Source: a virus. Taken from it: 64,000 bases of DNA. The notes below the pieces were generated by a model. The model was not told where the DNA came from. It made no database searches and saw only the letters and a program-made list of their open reading frames with translations. The DNA is taken from IMG/VR virus record IMGVR_UViG_3300025168_000044, positions 1 to 64,000 of that record. One strand, written 5' to 3'. This document shows, piece after piece, positions 56,062-64,000 of the stretch (position 1 is the stretch's first letter; the number at the start of each line of letters is the position of its first letter). The position numbers were made by a program, and so were the translations under genes.

Positions 56062-56802
56062 CTAGGTTAATGTTAAATCGTTACTACCAGCAGAATCGTC
56101 ACCGATATTAGAAGAGTTCGTAAATTTTAAATAGAAGCCATTAGTTCCATAATTAGTAATCCCAGAAAAATCCGTTTTTGGCTGATACACAGAATCAACG
56201 GTTTGCGCAAAATCACTCGGACTATATACAAAACCGTCAATATAATGGACATCACTTAATTCGACATGGCAATAACCGGAACTGCCATAAGGATTTCTGC
56301 CAATAACAAATGTGTTAATGCCGGAATCTGTTTTATTTAATGCGTAAAATGTGTGATTCGCCGGGGGATAAGTGTTTCCTGTGCCAGTTGGACCCGTTAT
56401 ATTTACGTTGTCAACAAATATTTTAACACGATTAGTATCAAGCGTTTGCGTATAATCAATTGACATAACTATATGATACAAAGTGCCTGCGACTGGCCCA
56501 GCAGTTGATCTTTTGTAGTAGGTATAAGTGTTTCTTTCAATCAACCACCATGTCCCTGCACCCTGACGCACTAGCATAGTGTCATCAGTACCGTCCCCTT
56601 GGCCGAATAATGTATGATCACCAGTAGCAGAAATAGTGACGAATTTAACCCAAGCACTAAACGTCATTTTTTGCGTAGATCCAGCAGTAGTTACAGTCCG
56701 CGATAAAAAATTACTAGTACCGTTTAAAGTGAGAATTTCGTTGCTATCAAACCCAGACCACGGGCCACTGCTGCTATGTACTGTTCCTTGTATAATGCTC
56801 AT
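56062..56802 (-). CDS. LamG/concanavalin-like receptor-binding tail protein
   Basis: TFSAWVK, YHIV, VKIFVD, FVIG, YGTNGFYLKF. Confidence 0.75.
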   Translation of the reverse strand: MSIIQGTVHSSSGPWSGFDSNEILTLNGTSNFLSRTVTTAGSTQKMTFSAWVKFVTISATGDHTLFGQGDGTDDTMLVRQGAGTWWLIERNTYTYYKRSTAGPVAGTLYHIVMSIDYTQTLDTNRVKIFVDNVNITGPTGTGNTYPPANHTFYALNKTDSGINTFVIGRNPYGSSGYCHVELSDVHYIDGFVYSPSDFAQTVDSVYQPKTDFSGITNYGTNGFYLKFTNSSNIGDDSAGSNDLTLT

Positions 56803-57710
56803 TATTCTAACTTCCCACTAACAACAACATATACAAGAGTACCGTCACAAATATAACTAAGCCAATAAGTACCTGTTGCTGATATTGTTGTAGCATCTCC
56901 AGACTTTATTTTTACAACACTTGTATTTACTGAAACAGTGTAATTACTGCCATTTACAAAAATTATATTGCCTGACTGACCTGCTGCTGCGGATACATTC
57001 GTAAATGTAAATCCTGACGAAGTAATATGAGCAGTTGGAGTACATTTAAAATTATTAGTTACTGCCAAGTCAAAAGAACCACCATTTGTAGTTGAATTTG
57101 CTGTAACCGTACCTCTATTTGCTGCAGTAAATGTCTGATCTGCAGTTAAGTCAGCAAGATCAGCATTATAGGCTTGAACGTCTGTTCCAATAGCTAACCC
57201 AAGTGTAGTACGTTGGTCTGAAGCAGTAGCATCAGCTAGCAATGCTCTTCCTACTGCAGTCAAATCAGCAACTGCATAAGTATCTAAATCAGTAGCATAA
57301 ATCATTTTATTTGCTGCAGTAGTTAACCCACTAATAGAAGTTAGTCCTGCATCTAATGGCTGAACGTCAGCTTCTTTTGCTAATCTTACCCAACTAGTTC
57401 CATGAGCAAAATAAGCATTGAAATCACTTACTCCTCCAACAACGTCTGTTTCGTCTGCATGAACATGAGCAAATCTACCATGATTAGCACTTGCTGTAGG
57501 TAATAAACTATAACTAGAGTACAGTGGAGGTGCTATTTTTTCATCATGTATAGCTGCTCCAGAAGATACACTAGCATTTACTACTGCATTTGAAGCTAAC
57601 TTATCAGCAGTTACTGCATCATCAGCTAGATCTACTTCTACAATAATACCGTCTGCAATATCTGCTGAAGTTAAAGGTGAAGCTGCTGGGGTTTTTCCTA
57701 TATAAGCCAT
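56802..57710 (-). CDS. Tail fibre protein (phage B)
   Basis: MAYIGKTP...; C-terminal ~92 aa near-identical to the gene at 1-1013. Confidence 0.8.
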   Translation of the reverse strand: MAYIGKTPAASPLTSADIADGIIVEVDLADDAVTADKLASNAVVNASVSSGAAIHDEKIAPPLYSSYSLLPTASANHGRFAHVHADETDVVGGVSDFNAYFAHGTSWVRLAKEADVQPLDAGLTSISGLTTAANKMIYATDLDTYAVADLTAVGRALLADATASDQRTTLGLAIGTDVQAYNADLADLTADQTFTAANRGTVTANSTTNGGSFDLAVTNNFKCTPTAHITSSGFTFTNVSAAAGQSGNIIFVNGSNYTVSVNTSVVKIKSGDATTISATGTYWLSYICDGTLVYVVVSGKLE

Positions 57711-58042
57711 TATGTAGACTCCAATACTGATACAATTACATCTGCTGAAGATGCTGTATTTGAGGTAATAGTTATTTTATCTCCAGTTTCTAGCACTACT
57801 TTCTGATCTCCTCCAATTAGTACAAGAGAAGATCCTGTGCCTATAGGTGCTGCTTTGACTATAAAGGGAGTAGCAGAAGCACTAGAATCTGTAATAGTTG
57901 CATCTATTGTAATAGAAGAACTATGCCTGTTAGCTACTGTAGCACCAATGACAGTAGCAGTTACTCCACTTCCAGCAGTGTATACATCCTCTCCTGTCGT
58001 ACCTACTGAAACTTTTACTGCATTTTTAAATACATTAGCCAT
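57710..58042 (-). CDS. Small tail-fibre adaptor protein (phage B)
   Basis: MANVFKN...GGDQKVVLETGD; homologue of 1015-1338. Confidence 0.7.
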   Translation of the reverse strand: MANVFKNAVKVSVGTTGEDVYTAGSGVTATVIGATVANRHSSSITIDATITDSSASATPFIVKAAPIGTGSSLVLIGGDQKVVLETGDKITITSNTASSADVIVSVLEST

Positions 58043-58045
58043 AAA

Positions 58046-60064
58046 TTATCCTAAAGCAATTGCAAATGATACTGCTTCATCTGTAGTTCCTAAATTAGTT
58101 CTAGCTGTGGCAGCATTAGTTAAGTCACTTAAATTATTTGTTTTATCTAGAATATTAGTTAGTCCTGTTGCTCCTTGTTCCCAAGAAGACCCATTATAGA
58201 CTTTTAACTTACTGACTGCAGTATCAAAAACTAAGTCTCCTGCATCTAAAGAAGAAGTAGGTTCGCCACTCTGTATTCTATATCTAGTAGCAAAAGTATT
58301 TACGTTAGTAATATTAGTAGCTACTGCTGCTACATTTGCAGCATTGGCAATTGTATTCCAAGCAGTATTTCCTAAGTCATATACTCTCAGAGAATTTAGA
58401 GTAGTATCCCAATACAAAGCACCGTCTAGCAGAGTACTACCGTCATTGTCTACTGAAGGAGCAGAAGACTTACTTCCTAAGTATCTGTCATCGAAACTGT
58501 CTAATGCAGTTTCTGCAGCAGTTTTTGCAGTTTCTGCAGCAGTTTTAGCCGCTACTGCTGAAGCAGCTTCTGCTTGAGTATTAATAAGGGCAGTTGAAAC
58601 AGCAAGAGCAGAAGCTGCAGCATTATTTTCAGAAGTAGAAGCAGCAAGAGCAGAAGCTGCAGCATTATTTTCAGAAGTAGAAGCAGCTTGTTCTGAAGCA
58701 GCAGCAGCAGCAGCAGAGGCAGTAGCATTTGCTGCAGTAGCAACCTGCCCGTCTACATATGTTCTATTGGTTAGATCATTTCCTGTAGAAGGAGCAGCAG
58801 AAGAAGTAATTTTATGTGTACCCATGTCTATAGCTGATGCCATAGTCTGAGCATTTGCGCTGGTCTTACTTAGAAAATTTGTATCTACATAAATTTTTGT
58901 GGTGGCATGTAAAGTAGAACTAGGAAAAGCTACAGTAGATCCCCCACTTATTGTAGCTGCTGGTAAAGTCAATGCTCCTGTTAAAGTACCACCAGAAAAA
59001 GGAAGTTTAGCATCTAAAAGATTATTAACTGAGACAGAGAAAGTAGGATCATCATTTATAGAAGTAGCTAACTCCTTTAAAGTATCTAATGCTGGTGGCG
59101 CAAGGGCTACTAGAGTTGCAACTGCATCATCTACATATTTTCTAGTGGCAGCATCATTGGGGTTTTGAGGAGCAGTAAGATTTGTAATTGTTTTGCCAGT
59201 GTTAGCATCACTGGTCATGTCCAAAATACCAGTAATGGTGACATTGTTAAATGTAGAAGTTCCAGTAGCAGTAGAAATATTACCAGAAACGTCCCCAGTT
59301 AATGGGCCTGACAAAGTTTCACCTACCCCAGAAGCATTTACAGATCCGGTTAAATCTCCTACGAAAGAACTAGTCGCAGTAATATTTGTAGCATGTATAT
59401 CAGTAGCTGTAATTGCTGCTGCTACTGCTGCTCCTATTATCGTTCCGTCTATATTTCCAGCACCAATATCTACGTTTGATAATTCAGCAGTTCCAGAAGT
59501 CTGCTTTATAGCAGCAGTAGTCATTTCTCCAGTAAAAGAAGAAGTTGCATCTACTGCCAGAATATCTACGTTGGCTGTACCGTCTAAATGAAGATCTTTA
59601 AACTCTAGAGTAGAAGATCCTATGTCTACCGTATCATCTGCAGAAGGGAGAAGCTGTGTTCCATTATTTGATACGGATAATACTTCTTGCCAAGTTGCTA
59701 CTCCAGTATTGTTTGACGAATTAACAGAAGCATCTACACAAATAAAGTATTTATTTGTAGTTACATTTATCCAAATAGAACCTACATTGTAGCCTTGATT
59801 TGCAGAGTTTGCTGGTTGAGGATTACCAGTAGCTGTAGTGTTGTTTAGTCCTGACACTCCCCCATTTGATGAAGGAAGAAAACCAGAAATAGAAGTAGTT
59901 AAATTTATAAGTGGGCCTTCTCCTGTTGTATTCCCATTATGGCTATGCCCTGTAGATTTTTGAAATGCTAGTGCTAATTGATTAAACTCACTATTCAAGG
60001 GACTAGAAGTAATATTAGCACCAGGAATAATCGTTGCGGCAGACTTTCTTATATATCCAGCCAT
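58046..60064 (-). CDS. Proximal tail fibre (phage B)
   Basis: GHSHNG N-terminus, DAATRKYVD, ALDTLKELA, Ala/Ser repeats, FDDRYLG, C-terminal AIALG. Confidence 0.8.
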   Translation of the reverse strand: MAGYIRKSAATIIPGANITSSPLNSEFNQLALAFQKSTGHSHNGNTTGEGPLINLTTSISGFLPSSNGGVSGLNNTTATGNPQPANSANQGYNVGSIWINVTTNKYFICVDASVNSSNNTGVATWQEVLSVSNNGTQLLPSADDTVDIGSSTLEFKDLHLDGTANVDILAVDATSSFTGEMTTAAIKQTSGTAELSNVDIGAGNIDGTIIGAAVAAAITATDIHATNITATSSFVGDLTGSVNASGVGETLSGPLTGDVSGNISTATGTSTFNNVTITGILDMTSDANTGKTITNLTAPQNPNDAATRKYVDDAVATLVALAPPALDTLKELATSINDDPTFSVSVNNLLDAKLPFSGGTLTGALTLPAATISGGSTVAFPSSTLHATTKIYVDTNFLSKTSANAQTMASAIDMGTHKITSSAAPSTGNDLTNRTYVDGQVATAANATASAAAAAASEQAASTSENNAAASALAASTSENNAAASALAVSTALINTQAEAASAVAAKTAAETAKTAAETALDSFDDRYLGSKSSAPSVDNDGSTLLDGALYWDTTLNSLRVYDLGNTAWNTIANAANVAAVATNITNVNTFATRYRIQSGEPTSSLDAGDLVFDTAVSKLKVYNGSSWEQGATGLTNILDKTNNLSDLTNAATARTNLGTTDEAVSFAIALG

Positions 60065-60101
60065 TTTTACTTACCTTTTATTTTTGTATTCATTATTTTC
60101 A

Positions 60102-61838
60102 TTATCTTCTTCCTGCTACAGAAAATTCAAACACCATTCCTTGTATGGAATAAGGATCAAATGCACCTAGCGTAACAAAAGTAAGCTGTACAGCATAGCC
60201 ACTTCCTTGTATGGAAGTAGTAATAATTGGTTTATCTGTACCACCATAAACAACATTTGTTACTCCGTAATCCACACCTAATGCTCCGTATTTTACTGGA
60301 GCACCAGCAGAGTCTTGAGAATATGCTGCTGGATTTGTAACTCTAGGATCATCCCAGTCATAAGTAAGTCCCATTTGCATTGTCAATGGGCCTTCTGCTC
60401 TGACAAAAGCATTTACTTTTCTAAAAACTTTTCTAGTCTCTGTATCTCCTAAGTCAAAATAAGGAGTAGAATATACAGATAAGATATCTTCGCCATTAAA
60501 TGTTTTACCTGACTCTTGTTGATAAACTTTACCGTCATAATCTCCATGTATCACTAATTCTTGAGTAATATTTAGACTACTTGCAGTAGTAGTTTTGATG
60601 TACGCAGAGTCACAACATGAGGCTCTTATGCCTAGCAAAGTACCAAACTCCCAACCTAGTTTCTGATCTGCAGATCTTAATCCGCCAATAACTCCAAAAG
60701 AAGAAGGTACAGTAGTAGTGTCATTCCCAATAAAAAATCTTACTTGAGATTTAGATCTGATGACTACTGCATTCAGAGTAGTTAAGTCAAATGTAACCGA
60801 TAAATCTCCTAAGACCTGTTGAATATTTTTGGATATTGTTTCTATTTCAACGTCACCAATTCTACTTGTTCCAGCTACAGGTCTAAATCCGTCTGGAGAA
60901 AGAAATATTAAATCTCCTCCAATTTCTACTACACTGTCTCTGGCTACACATCCTACATTAGCAGTTACATTATCAATTACAAACCCTGCAGTAACATCTG
61001 GTGTGGCTTTTTTAATGGCATTATCACCAAAAATAAATAGATTTGTACGGAACGGTTTAAATTGAACTACATCAAAACCTACTACTACTTGTCCTGCTCC
61101 AGGTGATGTATCAAATTGAAGTGGATCACTAGCAGCAGAATACGCTACTACTGCCGAATTTGAAGTGTCACCAGACAAAAATAAATGATTTTCAAAATTA
61201 TCTACTAAAGCAGGTTTATCTAAACAATTAGGCCCACCTGGACTATTAGTACCTCCACTATTATTTTTTAGTACTATTTCCCAACTTGTACCGTTAAAAA
61301 TTATTGCTGGGTTAACTCCGTCTACAAAAACTATTCTATTACCGTCTCCAAAATTAAATTTAGTAAATCTTACTTTATTTACTGTAGTAGTTCCGTCTGT
61401 AGTTAGTCTGGTCAGAGGAGTAACAGAGGAAGCATTTACGTCATGACCTGCACCACTTCTTGTAGTAGTTAAAGAATATTTGACCCAATGGTTATTAACT
61501 ACAGATCTATAAAAACTATATGTGTCTGTTGTAGGATCTTTTCTGGCAGCAATAATAATATTTCCTAAAGTAGGATCATCGTATAAAGCTGTACAGAGTA
61601 CTGGCCCTCTTGCTGTTGTTGTTGCTCCTTTTACTTCTGAATAATTGGTCGATGCACTAGTGCCAGCATTATACTCAGTAAATCCTTCTATTCTTCTGTA
61701 CCCACCAAAAAGACTTACTTCGTAGTTTACTAACCTAGTTGCAGCACCTGGGTTATTATCAGATAAATCCAGATGATTTTCATTGGAGTTTAATCCTCCG
61801 TTACAAATTACTTTGTATGACTGTATTTGGTCAGGCAT
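60102..61838 (-). CDS. Tail tubular protein B / nozzle (phage B)
   Basis: GGLN, GGYRRIEG, VGCVARDSV.EIGGD.IFLSPDG.R. Confidence 0.78.
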   Translation of the reverse strand: MPDQIQSYKVICNGGLNSNENHLDLSDNNPGAATRLVNYEVSLFGGYRRIEGFTEYNAGTSASTNYSEVKGATTTARGPVLCTALYDDPTLGNIIIAARKDPTTDTYSFYRSVVNNHWVKYSLTTTRSGAGHDVNASSVTPLTRLTTDGTTTVNKVRFTKFNFGDGNRIVFVDGVNPAIIFNGTSWEIVLKNNSGGTNSPGGPNCLDKPALVDNFENHLFLSGDTSNSAVVAYSAASDPLQFDTSPGAGQVVVGFDVVQFKPFRTNLFIFGDNAIKKATPDVTAGFVIDNVTANVGCVARDSVVEIGGDLIFLSPDGFRPVAGTSRIGDVEIETISKNIQQVLGDLSVTFDLTTLNAVVIRSKSQVRFFIGNDTTTVPSSFGVIGGLRSADQKLGWEFGTLLGIRASCCDSAYIKTTTASSLNITQELVIHGDYDGKVYQQESGKTFNGEDILSVYSTPYFDLGDTETRKVFRKVNAFVRAEGPLTMQMGLTYDWDDPRVTNPAAYSQDSAGAPVKYGALGVDYGVTNVVYGGTDKPIITTSIQGSGYAVQLTFVTLGAFDPYSIQGMVFEFSVAGRR

Positions 61839-61850
61839 TAGTACTAATCA

Positions 61851-62588
61851 TCAAATATAACTGGATGCTGAAATTCTTTTTGCAGCTAAAACTCTAGTGT
61901 CTGTAATATGATCATACTTATTTATCAAGATACTTTGGATGTTTTTTATCCCCTGCTGAAAGACACTCAAAGCTAGTCCTGCTGCTTCGTTATTGTCCCT
62001 AAACATATACATATAGTAAAGAGCACCTTCTACAATTGTAGGATCATATTGAGAAGGTATTCTTGTCTCAGCAGTAGCACCATTAGCTGTGTCATTTACT
62101 AAATCATCAGAGATTAGGAAGTACCTAAAGTTTACTGTGTAGGCTTTATCGGGGGAAGGAGTTACACCAAAACCTGTACCGTGTTTAGGAAAAACAAATT
62201 GAGGAATACTTACTCCAGTAGTTTCTGAAGAAGAGTCTATATCTCTGTGTCTGTTGTAGTACTCATCCCTTTCCATATATCTTAAAGTAACAAAAGAAGA
62301 TCCTAACGTACTGTCTTTCTTTATCTGAAAACTGTTCCAGTCTGCAACTTTTAGATTTGTAGGCCAAGAGTATTCTTCTTGACCTATAGTTAGAACTTGA
62401 TCTGCATTTGTAGCGTTAAAAGGCCATTCAAATTCTGCTTGATTAATTTGCCTAATAGAATTTTGTACAGAGTCTTTGGCTAAAGCCTGTACACCTAAGA
62501 CTGTAGTAAAAGCAGCTTCTGCAATTTCTACCTCATTTAATCTTCTAAGTACTTGATTTGTAAGATGTAAAAAAGTAGATCCAGACAT
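61851..62588 (-). CDS. Tail tubular protein A / adaptor (phage B)
   Basis: FL.LTN.VLRRLNEV, EWPF, PSPDKAY, IVEGALYY.Y.FR. Confidence 0.78.
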   Translation of the reverse strand: MSGSTFLHLTNQVLRRLNEVEIAEAAFTTVLGVQALAKDSVQNSIRQINQAEFEWPFNATNADQVLTIGQEEYSWPTNLKVADWNSFQIKKDSTLGSSFVTLRYMERDEYYNRHRDIDSSSETTGVSIPQFVFPKHGTGFGVTPSPDKAYTVNFRYFLISDDLVNDTANGATAETRIPSQYDPTIVEGALYYMYMFRDNNEAAGLALSVFQQGIKNIQSILINKYDHITDTRVLAAKRISASSYI

Positions 62589-62725
62589 TGCTCTTATGCT
62601 TTAAATTGTAATTCAGTTTAGTTTGACTGGCAGTAGTGAAGCCCGTCCAGATCTAGAGGGAGTAGACTAGGACGGGGCAAGTACTGAAATGCCCTACCAG
62701 AAAAAGACATTCCAGCACATTTACA

Positions 62726-63817
62726 TTAAGAGGACAGATTATAGTGAGCAGTAAAAATAGCTTCTGGGCGTAGTATTTTACGTCCGTATAGCTGCATACC
62801 CCTAACTGTATCTGAGAAAGTATCATGTGACCGATAACTTTCTGTCTTAGCTAGTTGTTGTGCTGTACTTACTGCAGACATATGACCTGCTACCACTACT
62901 CCAAAGTTGGTCTGAGAACCTGCTGAAGCAGTTGCTGGGCCAGTTCCTCTAAAAGGCAAGTTATTGGACTTATAGGTTTTAAATCCTCTAATCAACCCTT
63001 CTCCTACTCGACCATTCCTAATTTCAGATCCACCACCAAAGTCACGGTCTACAAACTTTGAAGATTCGTCCATTAGAATTTCGTAGAATACTGGGTCAGC
63101 AACAAACCAACGGTCTGCTGTATCTACATTAGCTGAATCCATTAAACGTCCAAAACGATTTAGAAGTTCTAGAGGAGAAGTAATTGCGGAACTTCCTCCG
63201 TCTGCTTTAATGGGAATAGATGTCAAAGCATCTACTGTAGGTGAAGCAGTGGTACTTCCTGCGCCACCACCAGACGAGTGGAAAGTAGTAATGTTCAGTC
63301 TGTTAGCAGCTAGTAGTTCTGTATTTCCAGCAGAAGAATTAGCTTTTGTACCTGGAATATCCGCAGTTTCTCTAATAACCCACTTACTACCGTCGTACTT
63401 ATACCCAGACAAATACCCTAGTACCTCTGAATCAAAAGCATCTCGCAACTTATAAGCTGCACGGTCTGTTGCTAGATCCATAAAGTTGATATGGCTATGA
63501 GCTACTTCAATGTCATCAATTTTGAAAAGGTAGTAGTTAGCTTGATCAATTGTCATGGTAAAATCTAGATCAGTCAGAGTCGTAATCCCAGCAGTTACGT
63601 CTGTACCCCTAGCGTAAGTTGAAATGGTGATATCCGGTTCTTTGATAATACGGACACTGTCACCAAAATTAGAAATTTCACCCATGTAATCGGTATTGGT
63701 AATATCTTCACATATAGAAGATTTACGAAATTCTTTCTGGGCTTTTTGAGAGAAAATTACTGGTGAAAAATTACCAGTGTTTAAATTAGTGTAACTACTT
63801 GCTTTTGCAAACGCCAT
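62726..63817 (-). CDS. Major capsid protein (phage B; P22-coat-like type, not N4-gp56)
   Basis: GNFSPVIFSQK, ITNTDY.GEI...GDSV.IIKEP, IDQANY..FKIDDIE, VRGM.LYGRKILRPEA. Confidence 0.9.
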   Translation of the reverse strand: MAFAKASSYTNLNTGNFSPVIFSQKAQKEFRKSSICEDITNTDYMGEISNFGDSVRIIKEPDITISTYARGTDVTAGITTLTDLDFTMTIDQANYYLFKIDDIEVAHSHINFMDLATDRAAYKLRDAFDSEVLGYLSGYKYDGSKWVIRETADIPGTKANSSAGNTELLAANRLNITTFHSSGGGAGSTTASPTVDALTSIPIKADGGSSAITSPLELLNRFGRLMDSANVDTADRWFVADPVFYEILMDESSKFVDRDFGGGSEIRNGRVGEGLIRGFKTYKSNNLPFRGTGPATASAGSQTNFGVVVAGHMSAVSTAQQLAKTESYRSHDTFSDTVRGMQLYGRKILRPEAIFTAHYNLSS

Positions 63818-63899
63818 GTAGACCTTTAGCCTTATTATTATGTAATGACTGATTCAAAATGAAACTAAGGAGAATGCTAGATCTGAGAAGAGGCTACAA

Positions 63900-63997
63900 A
63901 AGTAACTTAGGTAGATTTGTGTCTGGTTCACAAATGGCTAAGATTTGCAGGTAATCTTCAAGTAAAAGAAACTGCATCTCTATTGACTAAGTTACTT
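63900..63997 (-). ncRNA. Candidate structured 5' leader of the phage B capsid gene
   Basis: 11-bp closing stem, two inner hairpins, possible pseudoknot. Confidence 0.5.
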
Positions 63998-64000
63998 AGA

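Larger units (their letters stand above)
1..56802. mobile_element. Phage A: apparently complete temperate podovirus-like genome in excised/circular form
   Basis: Full set of terminase, portal, capsid, tail, lysis, replication, repressor and integrase genes plus an intact internal attP. The tail gene running off position 1 continues in the same context at 56802. Confidence 0.85.
56803..64000. mobile_element. Phage B: partial structural module of a second, AT-richer podovirus
   Basis: Second unrelated MCP, adaptor, nozzle and fibres; A/T-ending codon style. Confidence 0.85.

Noticed and set aside
58500-58740. Tandem repeats in the phage B fibre
   Set aside because: Ordinary Ala/Ser coiled-coil repeats (ASTSENNAAASALA x2) common in tail fibres.
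541-63455. Numerous 60-130 aa ORFs antisense to long genes in the ORF track
   Set aside because: Shadow frames of the real coding strand with no RBS or motif support.

Overview
Two unrelated tailed-phage (podovirus-like) genomes are joined here. Phage A (1-56802) is an apparently complete, circularly closing ~56.8-kb temperate phage in its excised (attP) form. It has an N4-gp56-type capsid/portal/terminase operon on the minus strand. On the plus strand is an early region of small genes, most preceded by a repeated GC-hairpin/RBS element, including ArdA-like, TGT/DpdA-like, McrA-head-like and RNAP alphaCTD-like proteins. It also carries a lambdoid replication/immunity block (initiator with internal iterons, RusA, SSB, CI-like repressor), a tyrosine integrase with a tRNA-Asn attP, and a late block with ejection proteins including a 4521-aa polyvalent protein. 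Phage B (56803-64000) is the AT-richer capsid-to-tail segment of a second podovirus with a different capsid family. The two share a near-identical tail-fibre tip: positions 1-278 match 56803-57080, and exactly the first 127 bp are identical. The join is therefore most likely an assembly chimera across a recently exchanged receptor-binding module. Best leads: (i) the repeat-delimited anti-defence cassette array; (ii) an attP that cuts the holin off the late operon on integration; (iii) the inter-phage tail-module swap; (iv) a 27-bp exact repeat shared by two unrelated genes; (v) LFSLR-delimited modules in the giant protein; (vi) two structured RNA leaders. All family calls come from motif recognition by eye, not database searches.
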